Counted from the stretch's first letter, positions 9,086 to 21,243 are shown. The stretch is 64,000 nt of DNA from an uncultured Thermodesulfobacteriota bacterium (GCA_964518865.1 CAZFIB010000008.1:8443-72442), one strand, 5' to 3'. A program made the numbers and translations. The notes: generated by a model from the sequence alone, not told the origin.

Positions 9086-11050
9086 TCAGTTGCGCTGATC
9101 TATAACCTTGCGGATTGTCGCTGCAAGCTCACTCATGACGAGCGGCTTGGCGATCAAGTCCCGGAAACCGACCGTGCGGGCCCGCTCGATTTCCGACTGG
9201 TCATTGAATCCGGAACACAGAATTATCGGTATGTCCGGCTGAATCTGGAAAAATTCCCTGGCAAGATCGAACCCGGACATGTGCGGCATGCTTTTGTCGG
9301 TGATGACAAGGTCAAACGCCTGCGGTTTGTTCTTAAAAGCCGACAGTGCATCCAGCGGATCCGTATAAGCCGATACGGTGTAGCCGAACTCCTGCAGCAT
9401 TTCCGTACCGACATCCACCATTGCCTGCTCATCATCGATCAGCAGAATTCGTTCAGTGCCGCTGGGCACAGCAGCAGACTGACCGGCCGCTTCGATGCTG
9501 CGCCTGTCCATGCACGGCAGTATAACCCGGAAGCAGGATCCCCTGCCGGGCTCCGTTTCTACCCTGATGGTGCCGCCGCAGCTTTTTACAATACCGTGAA
9601 CAACCGACAGGCCCATACCGGTGCCCTCCCCTTTTGCCTTTGTGCTGAAAAAGGGATCGAAAATACGTTCAGCCGTGAGCGGGTCCATCCCCGTACCGGT
9701 ATCGCGCACGCTGAATTCGATATGCGGCACTGCGCCGTTGCCGTTGTTCCTGCCGGAAGCCTCCCTCAGGGCCACCTCCAGCAGTCCGCCTTTTTCCTTC
9801 ATTGCATGGGCGGCGTTGGTACAGAGGTTTATGACGATTTGATGCATCTGGGTGGGATCGGCCAGCACAACATCATCCTCGGTAGCAAGAGTGGTTTTGA
9901 TCGCTATTTCCTTGGGAAGCGTCGCTGAAATCAGCTTCATGGCCTCCTGGACGATGCCGCCCACCCGCACCGGGACCTTCTGCTGCTCCTGCTGGCGGCT
10001 GAAGGTCAGTATCTGCCTTATAAGATCTTTGGCCCGGTTGCCCGCCTGAAAAATCTGCTGAAAGCTGTAGCTGATTTTCTGCTCACCGAGATTCTTTTTA
10101 TAGATACCCAGTTCCGCATAGCCAATAATGGCCGTGAGAATATTGTTGAAATCATGAGCGATCCCCCCTGCCAGGGTCCCGATCGCCTCCATCTTCTGGG
10201 ACTGCACGAGAACGGTTTCAGCCCGTTTGCGCTCCTCCATCTCCTGGTGCAGGTCCCGGTTGGCCTGCACCAGCTGAGCGGTTCGCTCTTCAACACGCTG
10301 CTCGAGCTCGCGGTTGGCTTCGGCGACTTTCTCCCGTTCCTGCTCAAGCAGTCGGGCAAGGTAGAAATCCCGGCGGGCATAATACTCGATCGAATAGCAG
10401 GAAAACATGCCGATTATATTGCCGCTGAAGAGGAAAAAATTATTGCGCGTCATGACATCTACCGGCATGTCTGTCATAAACACGGCTGCTGCCTCGTAGA
10501 GGGCGACGATAAGCCATCCTGCGACGGCAGCCCAGACGAATCGTATGCGGATGAAGGTGTATCCGTACATCAAAACGAGAAGCAGACCGGCATAGTATGT
10601 ATAGCTTATCGGCGGCGGTGCCAGAACGACCATCGCGATAATGCCGAGTCCGGTCAGAACCATTACGCCCATCAGCGTCGGCTGCATGAAATCCTTAAAC
10701 CGCGGCATGTATGAAAACAGCACCAGGGCAAGCAGACCCGGACATATATAGCCGTAACGAACAGTCCAGAGCTTTACAATGTCACCCGGAAAAATGAACA
10801 GGTCCAGTATGCCGAACATGGCGAAAAAGACTATTGCAAGCGATACGTAAAACCTGAGCTGGCTGAGTGATTTTTTGAAATAATATTCGAGGAACGATTC
10901 CTCAAGGTCATCAGGAAACGAAAGGGTGAAAAAATTCAGCCCCATGTCTCTGAAGCGGGATGAAATAAACGAACGGGTAGCACTTTCCCCGCTGTTTCGT
11001 GCAAACAGGAAACTCATACACAGCCTCTTAACAAAACAGCATGTGGACAA
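9086..11050 (-). CDS. hybrid sensor histidine kinase/response regulator with a polytopic membrane sensor domain
   Basis: Multiple N-terminal TM helices and a coiled coil. HisKA H-box (IAHDFNNILTAIIGYAEL), HATPase G-boxes, C-terminal receiver domain (ILLIDDE...DLVITDKSMP). Confidence 0.8.
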   Translation of the reverse strand: MSTCCFVKRLCMSFLFARNSGESATRSFISSRFRDMGLNFFTLSFPDDLEESFLEYYFKKSLSQLRFYVSLAIVFFAMFGILDLFIFPGDIVKLWTVRYGYICPGLLALVLFSYMPRFKDFMQPTLMGVMVLTGLGIIAMVVLAPPPISYTYYAGLLLVLMYGYTFIRIRFVWAAVAGWLIVALYEAAAVFMTDMPVDVMTRNNFFLFSGNIIGMFSCYSIEYYARRDFYLARLLEQEREKVAEANRELEQRVEERTAQLVQANRDLHQEMEERKRAETVLVQSQKMEAIGTLAGGIAHDFNNILTAIIGYAELGIYKKNLGEQKISYSFQQIFQAGNRAKDLIRQILTFSRQQEQQKVPVRVGGIVQEAMKLISATLPKEIAIKTTLATEDDVVLADPTQMHQIVINLCTNAAHAMKEKGGLLEVALREASGRNNGNGAVPHIEFSVRDTGTGMDPLTAERIFDPFFSTKAKGEGTGMGLSVVHGIVKSCGGTIRVETEPGRGSCFRVILPCMDRRSIEAAGQSAAVPSGTERILLIDDEQAMVDVGTEMLQEFGYTVSAYTDPLDALSAFKNKPQAFDLVITDKSMPHMSGFDLAREFFQIQPDIPIILCSGFNDQSEIERARTVGFRDLIAKPLVMSELAATIRKVIDQRN

Positions 11051-11256
11051 CCCTGAAAAACATCAGAACAGTCTACAGCAGATTATTATTATCGGAAATA
11101 CATGAAAAAACTTGAAATATTTAGTTGGTGGCAGGTAGCTGCAAAAAATCAGGGCATGTAAAGCTTTCAATAAAAACGATTAAAAAGGTGGGCAATATAT
11201 CAATATTTTATATAAATTAAAGTCTTGACTAAATTTAAATTAACAAATATTTACGT

Positions 11257-12708
11257 TCAGCGCACTTTTGTAATATCCGCAAAAAAGATAATACCGGTTT
11301 TCTCACGGGTGATGCAAATTTCGATATTCTCTTTGCCCATGGATGCATACACAAGGTCAAGCAGTTCCTTTTGGTTGCGCGGTACGAAGTTCCAGTCACC
11401 GTACCAGTTGAACGGCAGCGGCTTGTTGCGCTCCCGGTCTTTATAGGCAATAACGAGTCTGCCGCCTGTTTTGAGCTTGCGGTATGCATCACTGAAAATT
11501 TTACGGAGCATGCGGTCCTGGAGGTAGTCGGCTATACCGATGCTGTAAATCATATCCAGGCTGCTGTCGGGCCCGATATCCAGCTCCTCGAGCTTGAGGA
11601 TATTGCCCTGAATGAACTTGATCGTCATTGGGCCTGAATCGAATTCGGAAAGCCTTTCCTGCGAATAGCTGATGGCCTCATCATCAAGATCAATGCAGGT
11701 CAGCTCCACCCGCGCCGGGCAGCGCAGCGGCGATGCCAGCAGTTCGCGTATTTCACGGCACGGCCCCGATGCAAGGTTAAGTATGCGCAGGTCGCTGCAT
11801 GTACGGCTGCCGATATAGGAGCGCAGGATATCATGCATCATGTCCTTGCGCAGTCTGATGGCTTCTGAATAGGGCAGGTCCAGACCGTAGCGGTCAAGCA
11901 GGCCTCCGATACCGCTTGATACCACACGGTTGTTGTAGGCCATTTCCAGCATGTCGTAATCGCCGGGATACCCGCGCGGCTTTTCAAAGGCCCGCCTGAA
12001 TACCCGCGACTGGTACAGGAAATGCCCCAGAAGGCTTCTGACTCTGGCCTTAATCTGTTTAATAACCGCCTGGTCCTGCAGCGCTGTGTCAAGCCGGTCA
12101 CCGGCTTCGGCAAGCTCGTCAAGTGCCTGCGAGCAGTGGTCCTGGATTTCCTCAGGCCCCGCAGTACGTGCAAGAGCGGTATCGCCGTCGATCAGGCGCT
12201 CAAGAGCGATGCGGATATCGATAATAAAAAAAGACTGTATATCGCGCTGCAGGTCCCTGTCAGCGACTTTTGCTGCGATTTCATCGGCAAATGACAGTAA
12301 AATATTTTGATCCAGCAATATACGCTTGCGCAGCAGAGCTCTGTCCTCATTGCTGAGGCCGACAAACCGCACACCGCAGCTTACAATACCGTTGCCGTTG
12401 AGGCGGTTCTGCCAGGCTGTCTCGCAAACAATGGCTTCGCTGCGCAGCACCGGTATGCCGATTTCAAAAAATTCAAGTTTTTCATTTTCAGGCATCGAAA
12501 CACTGATACAGGCGCCGCTGTCGCTTATATTCTCAAGCCGTCCGTCGAGCATCATACCGTCACCGGTGAGAAAAGCCATCGAACCGAAACCGGCACGGTA
12601 GGAACGCCGTCGATCGAAATTTTTACGCTTGCGGGAGCGAATATAGGGATTTGATCTCCGGTCACTCAGCAACGATACGATCTGTCGATTTTCAGCCTGT
12701 TGGAGCAT
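11257..12708 (-). CDS. PilZ domain protein fused to a class I SAM-dependent methyltransferase-like domain
   Basis: N-terminus has PilZ motifs (DRRRSYR...LENISDSGACI). The C-terminal half has methyltransferase motif-I-like LRILNLASGPC and later LVIAYKD. Confidence 0.55.
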   Translation of the reverse strand: MLQQAENRQIVSLLSDRRSNPYIRSRKRKNFDRRRSYRAGFGSMAFLTGDGMMLDGRLENISDSGACISVSMPENEKLEFFEIGIPVLRSEAIVCETAWQNRLNGNGIVSCGVRFVGLSNEDRALLRKRILLDQNILLSFADEIAAKVADRDLQRDIQSFFIIDIRIALERLIDGDTALARTAGPEEIQDHCSQALDELAEAGDRLDTALQDQAVIKQIKARVRSLLGHFLYQSRVFRRAFEKPRGYPGDYDMLEMAYNNRVVSSGIGGLLDRYGLDLPYSEAIRLRKDMMHDILRSYIGSRTCSDLRILNLASGPCREIRELLASPLRCPARVELTCIDLDDEAISYSQERLSEFDSGPMTIKFIQGNILKLEELDIGPDSSLDMIYSIGIADYLQDRMLRKIFSDAYRKLKTGGRLVIAYKDRERNKPLPFNWYGDWNFVPRNQKELLDLVYASMGKENIEICITREKTGIIFFADITKVR

Positions 12709-13211
12709 GTCTCGACCCCTCTCATTGATAATTAACCTTCAGCGACTGATTTCGATGAAAATTCCTGCAACATAACATTTTTTGCAAACTCCGTACCTGA
12801 TTGCGTATTGAAAAAAAATCATAACAACCATCTGAATAACGCTATTATGTTTGGAAATAATCATGTTTATTTAGGTCTTATTTATCTTTTATATACGATT
12901 TATCATCAATAAAAGTTAGCTGAACAACGCTTAAAATAGTGAGAAAGGATGGATCGAAGAGTCAGAATTTTGACGGGGGTGATACGTAGTGAGCCTCGTG
13001 CAAGGGGCGAGGCCTCAGGATGGTCCCCGGCGGGGCCATAAAGGTCTTTGATACCCATTTTGACCGTGCCGAGGCTGAAACATATGCTGCGGAGAAAAGG
13101 CCGAACTGTCTGAGCTATGCCCAAGGATGACCGGGCAGGATGTCTTTTCTGTGGCTCTACATTGATCCGCCCTGGCGGAAACTGCGCCCCTGGACCCGCA
13201 AAGCACCGATG

Positions 13212-14081
13212 CTACATATCCTGCCAGCCGTCGCTGCCATCGCTTCGTGCAAGCAGTGCATCTTCACGCTGCCGCACATACTCACCGATACGGTCTCGGT
13301 CGTCTGCCGAAAGACCGCGGAACTCGGTGCCCACACAACACCGGTATGCTGTGCCGCCGATATCTTCGGGTGTATCGAAAACAGAAACCCATTTTATGAC
13401 GATATCGACGTTCAGGCTGCTGCAGCCGGGAATGGCAAGCGTGGCTTCAAGACAGGCGCCCTGCAGAAGCACGGCGTCATCGAGGCTGCTGTAAAAACCG
13501 ATGCCGCCCTCGCTTATGTTGACGACATGCTGAGTATGGCTGCCCGACGCCGACAAAACCGTCATTGCAATCGGCTTTTCAGGAGGCACGACCACCCGGT
13601 TATAGCGCCGTTTCTCTGAAAACGAGATTCTGATAACCCGTTTGCCGTGCCAGTGCTCCCTGCCGATAAACGATGACCGGAACGAATAGGCTGCGGACTC
13701 ACTTCCCCGTTTGCCTCCGGGAAAACTGAACGAGATTTCCATGAGGCGCTTAACCGAAACAAGGCGATTTCCATCGTCAGGATCGAGGGGGGAAATAAGC
13801 AGGTTCAGGTGACCGCCATGCAGTTCATCCACTGCGACGAGCGATGAAAAAAAGTGGGCTTCATGGCCCCTGAAACTGACCGTTACCGCAGCGTTTTGCA
13901 TTTCCGGACGTTTGACAACAGATTTTATATCATTGGCCATCACCGTTTTCCCTTGAATGAGACCGGCAAAAATTATCGCGTATTGCCTCGCTGCAGGTTG
14001 ACAACATTGCAGCTTACGATCCTTATTAAGCATACTTTGCAGTCTTTGTAAATAGAGCATATTCCCGGTGCCGCGGCGCAC
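13212..14081 (-). CDS. PilZ domain protein (YcgR-like two-domain c-di-GMP receptor)
   Basis: C-terminal PilZ motifs EKRRYNRVVV...NISEGGIGFYS. The true start is probably an internal Met (MANDIKSV). Confidence 0.55.
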   Translation of the reverse strand: MRRGTGNMLYLQRLQSMLNKDRKLQCCQPAARQYAIIFAGLIQGKTVMANDIKSVVKRPEMQNAAVTVSFRGHEAHFFSSLVAVDELHGGHLNLLISPLDPDDGNRLVSVKRLMEISFSFPGGKRGSESAAYSFRSSFIGREHWHGKRVIRISFSEKRRYNRVVVPPEKPIAMTVLSASGSHTQHVVNISEGGIGFYSSLDDAVLLQGACLEATLAIPGCSSLNVDIVIKWVSVFDTPEDIGGTAYRCCVGTEFRGLSADDRDRIGEYVRQREDALLARSDGSDGWQDM

Positions 14082-14140
14082 CCGGTAGTATCTTGTACCG
14101 GAAACCGCTTTTCAGTCTGATAATGAAAGGCATATCGCGT

Positions 14141-17100
14141 TCATTCCGATTCGCTTTCAAGCGCCAGGACGATGTCGCGGATACGTTTGATGCGCTCGGG
14201 GGCTGCTTCCCAGTAGCCCCGTCGTTCTGATTCGATCAGCACTTCAGCCATGCGCTGCGTCGCATAGGGATTGTTGTGCTGCAGTCTGCTGCGCATGGCA
14301 TCGTCGAACAGCAGCGTGTCGGCGACCTGATCGAACACCCAGGAGGACACCGCACCGGTGGTTGCCGCAAAGCCCATAAGATATTCGACGCGATCCTTTA
14401 TTTTTGCTGCGCCGTGAAAATCATGACGAAGCATTCCGTCGAGCCACCGCGGATTGAGCGTTCGCGTTCTGGTGGCCCGCTCGACCGCATATCCGACTTC
14501 AGCGACCTCCGTTTCCTCGTCAGCCTGATCCACCACCATAACAGCGGGCTTTTCCTTTTTTCCGCCCATTTGTGCGGCGGCATTGGAAAAGCCTCCCAGA
14601 AATTCGTAATAGTGGTCGAGATCGGTTACTTCGTATTCAAGGCTGTCGCGCTCCTGTGCCACGATCTGCACCGAACCGAGCAGAGAGGCAAGCGCCTGTT
14701 TGCTCTCCCGGGCGACACCGCCCAGATAGGAATAGCTCATGGCGTCGGCGAATGCGGCGCCGAGCTGCTCTTCGCGGTCCCAGGCGCCGGTCTCGATCAG
14801 TGAAGGCAGGTCTGTGGCATACTGATCGGCTGCCGGGCCGAACAGGCGCAGGGGATGACCCTCCGGGCAGGTCTCCGGCATGGCCCGGCAGTGCTTCCTG
14901 ATAAAGTTCTTCTCCGGCGGCTCATCGAGATCGGCGGCTGCCTTGAAAGCACGGTTGAGCAGATCGATATGTGTGCCGAACGTGTCTCTGAAAATGCCGC
15001 ACATGGTAACCACCACATCGATCCGGGGCCGCTGCAGCTCCTCGAGCGGGATAACCTCTAGTTCCTTGAGCCACAGGCTTGCGCGGTGGCGGATGCGCAT
15101 GCCCATAAGATGCAGTATCATGGCGATCGTGTCACCACCGGTTTTCATGGTTTCGAATCCCCAGAGTACGATTCCCATGCTCTCGGGATAGCTGCCGTTT
15201 CTTTCCGCATAGGCATCCAGCAGCTTCCCGGCGGCCGCCCTGCCGCGCTGCCCGGCGGAAACGGTCGGTATCAGGCGCGGATCGAAGGCATACATGGCCC
15301 GGCCGGAGGGATAGATATCGATATCACGCACGGGGTCACCCCCCCGTGCGGGCAGTACATAACGCCCTTCGAGCGCCCGTAGGAGTCCCTCGCTTTCCCT
15401 GCCCGCACGCAATCGCTCCGCGCAGGCAAGTACGTAATGACGATACACTTCATCACACCAGGCGGTGGGGCTTCCCTGCAGGATATTCATAAGACCGGAA
15501 CGCACATCCTCGATAACGCCTTCCGCATCTTTTCCGTCTCTGATCTTTTCCCAGTCCACGCCCCGGCTTTCGGCGGCTTTGCGGTACGCGGAGGGCTGTT
15601 CGCGGTCATGGCGCAGGGCCGCGGCAAGATAATCGACCACGTCATCCTCGGAATAGTCCGTGTCCATGACATGCAGACCGGAAGGAATCAGCCGCCGCTT
15701 CAGCCGGTACAGCTCGCGTCGAAGCTCTGCCGGTTCGCCCGTCAGGTGAAGTTCCTCGGCAGTCTGCCTGATACGTTCCAGCGTTGCAGGCGAGGGATCC
15801 TGCTCATACTGATCCAGCAGATCTCCCAGATCGATATAGCGGTCATACAGGCCGGAAGCATTCATGCGGGGTGATGCATGGGATATGCACAGCGCATAGG
15901 AGCGGCGTTTGGCAATGGTCGCCTCCGATGGGTTGCCGATCCAGTAGTAGTACAGGTGCGGCATGTCGCCGATCAGAATATCCGGAAAGCATTCCCCGGA
16001 CAGCGCCGTTTCCTTGCCGGGCATGAACTCGAGCGTGCCGTGCATGCCGAAATGGATCACCGCATCGGCATCATACACACAGCTCAGGTAGTAATAATAG
16101 GCCAGATACTGATGGTGGGGCGGCAGGGCTTTGTCGTGGTAGAGCGCTTCATCGTCCTCGTGAAGACCCCGGCTCGGCTGGACACCGAGAAAAACGTTGC
16201 CGAGGTGTTCACCCGGCAGCACGATATCACCGTTATCGATCATGATAGTTCCCGGCGGCGGGCCCCAGCGGGCCGTCACCGCCTCCTGCACCGGCACAGG
16301 AAGCGTTTCAAACCAGCGCTTATAATCCGCTGCCCGGACCCTGATGCCGTTTTTGCTCTGATAGACCGGGCTGTTGACAATGCCGCTGGACAGAAAAAAA
16401 TCCTTCGCTGCCGCAGGCGGATCGACACGGTAGCCGCACTGCCGCAGTTTTTTCAGAAACACATCGAGGCTTGAAAACACGTCGAGATACCCGGCGCTGC
16501 CCAGCCCGTCTTCGCCGGGAGGATAGCTGTAGGCAAGAAGAGCTATTTTTTTGTCCGCATTGTTTTTTTTCCGCAGCCCGATCCACTTCAAAACCCGGTT
16601 ACCGAACCTTGCGATGCGGTCGGTAACCGCCGCCGGGCGCTTGACCGTCCCGATTGCCGTGCCGGGTTCCGTTTCAAGCCCGGCAAGAAAAAACGGCTCC
16701 ACGGCACCGTCCAGCTCCGGCAGGGTTATCCCCAGCACCGTCTCGATCGGCGTCAGTCCCCTGTTCTGCGCGCGCCAGACGGCAAGCTCCGTTTCAAAAG
16801 CCCGCAGGCCGATGAGCAGCGGTACATCCGCGTCCTGCAGAAATGCATAAATAACGGCCGGATCACCGCCGTACGGCCCGCCCCAGAGGCGGAAATACTG
16901 CATGGTGATAAGCAGATCGATATCGCGGCACCAGGTTCGCAGGGCTTCCATATTGTGTTCGATATTCGAAAAGACCGTCAGGACATTCACCCCCGGTGAA
17001 AGACGGGCATACAAACGTTCGACCACCTCCCGCGTATCGCTGAAGTGCATGCCGCCGTGCGTCAGGATTGCGACGGTTGGCCGGCCGGCGTCGTACCCGG

Positions 17101-17746
17101 CTGCACGGCGGTAGTCCTCGAGATCGGTGTATATGCCGCCGCCGGGTGCGTACAGACCGCAGGGAGGCATTACACTGACCGGCTTTATGTTTTTTATGTG
17201 CTTCTGTCCGCCGTAGTGCTTCAGCAGCAGCAGCAGCATGTTTTCGAGGTTGTCCACGCCGCCTTCGCTGTAATACTGCTGCGCCTTCATCCAGCGCCGC
17301 ATGTCGCCCAGCATACCGAAGGGCAGCATGGCGGTGAGCCGCTCGGTGAGCTCGCTGTAGCGCCTGGCTTTTATAAAGGAGTCGATGGTAAATGTTTTTT
17401 CCCTGCCGGGCTTGAACAGCCGCGATCCCCTGAATGATCCCATCCTTGTCAGGGCGAATATGTCGTTTCCTACCCCGATCAGCACAACGACGGTTCCGGT
17501 GAAGTCCGCCAGCAGCCTGGGCAGAGCGCGGCCCAGGCGTGTATCGGCCCGTATGTCGACGAGAAGGATGTCGGCATTTCGGATCGACGCGCGGACGCCG
17601 TCGAAGGATGCGTCGGGCGCTTCGAAATCTTTGAGATACAGCTTTTCGATGCGGGCTACCGGCCCGTAACGGACATGAATACGATCGGCCGCCTCTTTCA
17701 GTTCTGATGAGTTGTTGAGCGTGGTAATGGCCAGTATGCGGGTCAC
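14141..17746 (-). CDS. cobN: CobN/Mg-chelatase H-family large subunit (cobaltochelatase CobN-like)
   Basis: 1201 aa. Conserved CobN core ([15 protein letters not shown]...[41 protein letters not shown]). Confidence 0.85.
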   Translation of the reverse strand: MTRILAITTLNNSSELKEAADRIHVRYGPVARIEKLYLKDFEAPDASFDGVRASIRNADILLVDIRADTRLGRALPRLLADFTGTVVVLIGVGNDIFALTRMGSFRGSRLFKPGREKTFTIDSFIKARRYSELTERLTAMLPFGMLGDMRRWMKAQQYYSEGGVDNLENMLLLLLKHYGGQKHIKNIKPVSVMPPCGLYAPGGGIYTDLEDYRRAAGYDAGRPTVAILTHGGMHFSDTREVVERLYARLSPGVNVLTVFSNIEHNMEALRTWCRDIDLLITMQYFRLWGGPYGGDPAVIYAFLQDADVPLLIGLRAFETELAVWRAQNRGLTPIETVLGITLPELDGAVEPFFLAGLETEPGTAIGTVKRPAAVTDRIARFGNRVLKWIGLRKKNNADKKIALLAYSYPPGEDGLGSAGYLDVFSSLDVFLKKLRQCGYRVDPPAAAKDFFLSSGIVNSPVYQSKNGIRVRAADYKRWFETLPVPVQEAVTARWGPPPGTIMIDNGDIVLPGEHLGNVFLGVQPSRGLHEDDEALYHDKALPPHHQYLAYYYYLSCVYDADAVIHFGMHGTLEFMPGKETALSGECFPDILIGDMPHLYYYWIGNPSEATIAKRRSYALCISHASPRMNASGLYDRYIDLGDLLDQYEQDPSPATLERIRQTAEELHLTGEPAELRRELYRLKRRLIPSGLHVMDTDYSEDDVVDYLAAALRHDREQPSAYRKAAESRGVDWEKIRDGKDAEGVIEDVRSGLMNILQGSPTAWCDEVYRHYVLACAERLRAGRESEGLLRALEGRYVLPARGGDPVRDIDIYPSGRAMYAFDPRLIPTVSAGQRGRAAAGKLLDAYAERNGSYPESMGIVLWGFETMKTGGDTIAMILHLMGMRIRHRASLWLKELEVIPLEELQRPRIDVVVTMCGIFRDTFGTHIDLLNRAFKAAADLDEPPEKNFIRKHCRAMPETCPEGHPLRLFGPAADQYATDLPSLIETGAWDREEQLGAAFADAMSYSYLGGVARESKQALASLLGSVQIVAQERDSLEYEVTDLDHYYEFLGGFSNAAAQMGGKKEKPAVMVVDQADEETEVAEVGYAVERATRTRTLNPRWLDGMLRHDFHGAAKIKDRVEYLMGFAATTGAVSSWVFDQVADTLLFDDAMRSRLQHNNPYATQRMAEVLIESERRGYWEAAPERIKRIRDIVLALESESE

Positions 17747-19539
17747 ACAAGCTCCTCCAGGTAGAAGTGCAGTGCGTTCAGCGAGCGCGACATGTCTTCC
17801 AGCATACCAATGCTGCGGTGGCGGTTTTCCGCATTGACGATAATGAGAGCGGTATCGCCTTTGCGCGGCGGCAGCAGCTCCAGATCGCCCTCAAAATTCC
17901 CCGTCATGAATCTGTTGGCTTTGCCGTCGGACAGCAGGATGACCGTCACGGGAACGTTTTTTTCTTTTCCCGCCATATCGAATGCCTGCACCAGCGCATG
18001 CGTCAGCGGCGTTTTCCCGCCGGTGGGAAGTCGGTCAAGGGCCGTATCGATTGCGCCGTGATCGCGTGTGGGCTCCACCAGCACCTGTGCGGCATCCCCG
18101 CGGAACGCTATGAGGGCTGCGCGGGCCTTTTTTTCATAGGACTGCTGCAACAGCTGCCAGGAGAGTGTCTTTGCCAGGCGTACTTTTTTTTCCATCCGCA
18201 TGGAGGAGGAGGCATCCAGAACAAAGATGTACAGGGCCTCGCCGGGCGAGCGCCGCACTTTTTCCATGACATGTTCGGGCAGAACCGTCAGGGTGCCGCT
18301 CTCGCGGACGGCCCGCCGGACCGTTGCATCAAGGGCTATACTTGCCGGGGAATCTGATGTGCGGGCGCTGATATACCGGCCGCGGTTCCGGTTGCCGGCC
18401 GTCGGCTCACGCCCGTGCCTGTCGCTGCCGCCGCTCAGATCGAGCAGTTTTTTTTTTACCTCTCCCGTGCGCTCCAGCGGGGCAGGCTCATCCGCCGGCG
18501 GCTCCTGCTGCAGAATCTGCTCGAGGCGCTGCCGGTCGACTGCTGCAGGCTTTTCAAAGGGAAGCTGCCGCATGCGGTGCGGCAGGGCCAGCAGTGCCGC
18601 CTCAATGATGTCCGCTTCGGCGACACTGCGCCGGCCGGCCAGTGCGGCGATGACGCAGGCGGTTTTTTCCATGACGATGTCGGCCCGGTGCGTGCGGATG
18701 CCGAGGCTGCTGGTTATCTCGACGATTTTTTCCAGCATGTCGCTGCCGACGGCAATATCGGGCAGAAGCGCCTGCGCCTTGAGGATATCGTGCTGCAGGG
18801 ATTTTTGATCTGCTGCAAAGCGCTCTTCGAACAGCCAGCAGTCGCTGTCGAATTCCTTTCTGCGGGTGATAATTTCAAGGCGGTCATTCTTTTCCATAAG
18901 GGCGTTCACTTCCACGCACAGGCCGAATCGGTCGAGAATCTGAGGACGCAGGTTGCCCTCTTCCGGATTCATGGTACCCACCAGCATGAATCGCGCGGGG
19001 TGATACAGCGAAATGCCCTCGCGTTCCACGATATTGACGCCCATCGCGGCCGCATCGAGCAGTACGTTTATCAGGTGGTCGTCCAGAAGGTTGACCTCAT
19101 CGATATACAGAATATTGCGGTTCGCCCTGGCCAGAATGCCCGGCTCGAGCGCCTTGATGCCGTCTTTCAACACACGCTTGATATCGATCGCCCCTACGAC
19201 CATGTCTTCGGTGGCGGAAAGAGGCATGTCAACGATTTCCATGGTCTGGTCTACCCAGGGGAGCGCCTCACCCGCCTCGAAGCGGTGCTGGCACGACTTG
19301 CACATGAGCCGCAGGTTTTCCGGATGGCAGTTGAACGGGCAGTCCTCCACAATGCGAATTCTGGGGAGCGTGTGCGCAAGCGCCCGAACCGCGGTCGATT
19401 TTCCCGTACCCTTGTCGCCCTTGATAACGACTCCGCCCACGGTCGGGTCGATGGCATTGATAAGCAGGGCCTTTTTCATGGTTTCCTGCCCGACAAGGGC
19501 CGTAAACGGAAAGATGACGAATTTATGGTGCACGGTCAA
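17743..19539 (-). CDS. chelatase ATPase subunit, ChlI(AAA+)-ChlD(vWA) fusion (CobS/CobT-like)
   Basis: Walker [10 protein letters not shown], ChlI-type N-terminus [18 protein letters not shown]-terminal vWA domain ([11 protein letters not shown]). The stop overlaps the cobN start by 4 nt (ATGA). Confidence 0.8.
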   Translation of the reverse strand: MTVHHKFVIFPFTALVGQETMKKALLINAIDPTVGGVVIKGDKGTGKSTAVRALAHTLPRIRIVEDCPFNCHPENLRLMCKSCQHRFEAGEALPWVDQTMEIVDMPLSATEDMVVGAIDIKRVLKDGIKALEPGILARANRNILYIDEVNLLDDHLINVLLDAAAMGVNIVEREGISLYHPARFMLVGTMNPEEGNLRPQILDRFGLCVEVNALMEKNDRLEIITRRKEFDSDCWLFEERFAADQKSLQHDILKAQALLPDIAVGSDMLEKIVEITSSLGIRTHRADIVMEKTACVIAALAGRRSVAEADIIEAALLALPHRMRQLPFEKPAAVDRQRLEQILQQEPPADEPAPLERTGEVKKKLLDLSGGSDRHGREPTAGNRNRGRYISARTSDSPASIALDATVRRAVRESGTLTVLPEHVMEKVRRSPGEALYIFVLDASSSMRMEKKVRLAKTLSWQLLQQSYEKKARAALIAFRGDAAQVLVEPTRDHGAIDTALDRLPTGGKTPLTHALVQAFDMAGKEKNVPVTVILLSDGKANRFMTGNFEGDLELLPPRKGDTALIIVNAENRHRSIGMLEDMSRSLNALHFYLEELV

Positions 19540-19633
19540 ACTCTGAAAGGTTTCTGCCTACTATTGATTCTTTTGTAACCGAAACCGAGTAATATGTCAA
19601 TTTATAAATAATCGTGTTACAGTTGTCCTGCTT

Positions 19634-19658
19634 GAATTAATTTTTATCAATTTAATTC
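19634..19658. promoter_or_regulatory. AT-rich 7-N11-7 palindrome GAATTAA-N11-TTAATTC in the divergent cobN/aminotransferase promoter region (candidate NikR operator)
   Basis: Perfect inverted heptamers with an 11-nt spacer. NikR is encoded 4.5 kb away. A GAATTAA half-site recurs upstream of nikR (about 24270). Confidence 0.3.
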
Positions 19659-19825
19659 ATATAAATATCTTGACGTACAGTCTCAATAGTGTTACTTATT
19701 TTAAATTAGTAATACTATGCTGCTGAAGTGCCGGCGCTGCGGGCATGATTTTTATTTGCTTTGATCTGAAACGGCGGGGCGACGGCAGCATGATAACAGC
19801 CTGACGGCGCACGTGCAGAATCACC

Positions 19826-21229
19826 ATGACATTACCGAATTTCGTCCGGCGCAGATGTTCCACGGGAAATGAGCCTTTCAGCTCCCGCAGAAAATTTATA
19901 AAACTCTCGGGGACTGCTGCAGCAGGCGCAATCGCATCATGCGCACTATCGCCGCTGGTAACGGAACGCCTTTATTTTCCGGTAAAGGATGTGTGCTACG
20001 GATTTTCGCCCGACAGTGAACTTTTCTGGCGGGCGGCAGGACAGCTGTTTTGCCTTGATCCCGGCATTACCTATTTGAATACGGGTACGGAAGGGTCCAT
20101 GCCGAAATGCGTGGTGAACAGCCTGTATGCCTACCTGAAAGAATTCGCCGGCAGCCCCATGGAATGCTCGTTTTACAGTGAAGAGTTCGGGTATGTACAG
20201 GAAAACAACATCGACCGGGTCGCTGATTTTTTAGGCGTGCGCGCAAATGAAATCGTATTGACGGCAAATACGACACAGGGCATGAACCTTGTCCTTCAGG
20301 GGCTGGATTTCGGGGAGGGTGCCGAGGTTGTGACGACCACCCACGAACATGGTGCCGCCCTGTCTCCGCTGCACCTTCTGCGGGACAGAAGGGACCTTAT
20401 CATAAAAAAACTGCCCCTTCCGCTGCAGGTGACGGACAAAAACGAGATACTATCGCTGTTTTTTGATGCCGTTACGGAAAACACCAGGGCACTGTGCTTC
20501 AGTCATATCAACTATACGACCGGTCTGCGTATGCCGGTTAAAGAAATCTGCGAAATGGCCCGCCGCAATAATCTGATTTCCATCGTTGACGGAGCCCATG
20601 CCCTCGGCATGCTCAATGTAAACCTTGATGACCTGGGGTGTGACTTCTATGCGGCATCGGGCCACAAATGGCTTAACGGCCCGCCCGGCACGGGGATACT
20701 GTACATCCGCGACGGTGAAACCAACCCCCACGATATGTGGCCCTGTAACACGGAGATATATGATATCGACTATCCGGCACCGATCACATCGATGCTGCAG
20801 ATGTGCGGCCAGCAAAACACACCGGCCTTGCGGGCCATGACCGACGCCATGTCATTGCAAACAAAGCTGGGAAGACAAAACATAGAATCCCGCATACTCG
20901 AGCTTGCCCACTATCTCAAGGAACGCATTACTGCTCTATGGGGAGACGAGATCCTCATATCGCCGGTCGGCACTGATGAGCTCTGCAGCGGACTTGTCTC
21001 CTTTATTCCTTTCCGAAACCATGAAGACCGTTATGACCTGTCTCTTTTCAGTGACGTTACGCAACCCCTGCGGGAGCACTACAATATTTATATACGCTGG
21101 GTCGATTTCCCCGACTCGCAAAACGGCGACAAAACAACTTATGCCCTGAGGGTGTCTACCCACATATTCAATACGTTCAGGGATATCGATAGGCTTCTTG
21201 AAAAAATACAGTTTATCATGAACAGCTAA
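19826..21229 (+). CDS. Tat-exported PLP-dependent aminotransferase class V-like enzyme (cysteine desulfurase/epimerase fold)
   Basis: Twin-arginine signal SRRKFIKLSGTAAAGAIA. Class V fold features (TTHEHGA...SGHKWLNGPPGTG with the PLP lysine). Confidence 0.65.
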   Translation: MTLPNFVRRRCSTGNEPFSSRRKFIKLSGTAAAGAIASCALSPLVTERLYFPVKDVCYGFSPDSELFWRAAGQLFCLDPGITYLNTGTEGSMPKCVVNSLYAYLKEFAGSPMECSFYSEEFGYVQENNIDRVADFLGVRANEIVLTANTTQGMNLVLQGLDFGEGAEVVTTTHEHGAALSPLHLLRDRRDLIIKKLPLPLQVTDKNEILSLFFDAVTENTRALCFSHINYTTGLRMPVKEICEMARRNNLISIVDGAHALGMLNVNLDDLGCDFYAASGHKWLNGPPGTGILYIRDGETNPHDMWPCNTEIYDIDYPAPITSMLQMCGQQNTPALRAMTDAMSLQTKLGRQNIESRILELAHYLKERITALWGDEILISPVGTDELCSGLVSFIPFRNHEDRYDLSLFSDVTQPLREHYNIYIRWVDFPDSQNGDKTTYALRVSTHIFNTFRDIDRLLEKIQFIMNS

Positions 21230-21243
21230 CAACGGCTATTATC

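Noticed and set aside
11113-11130. TGGCAG-N5-TGCA, a sigma54-like -24/-12 motif in the 11.05-11.26 kb intergenic region
   Set aside because: The GG-GC spacing is one nt short of consensus. It is on the plus strand, pointing into a region with no credible plus-strand gene. Flanking genes are on the minus strand.
12709-13211. possible riboswitch or sRNA in the 500-bp GC-structured intergenic region (tested against c-di-GMP and cobalamin riboswitch consensus by eye)
   Set aside because: No B12 box (GCCACTG) and no GEMM conserved blocks were recognisable. Kept only as a note in the PilZ finding.
14141-19826. cobalamin riboswitch upstream of the cobN-chlID operon
   Set aside because: Scanned 19540-19826 on both strands. 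No B12-box-like sequence was found; only the AT-rich palindrome.
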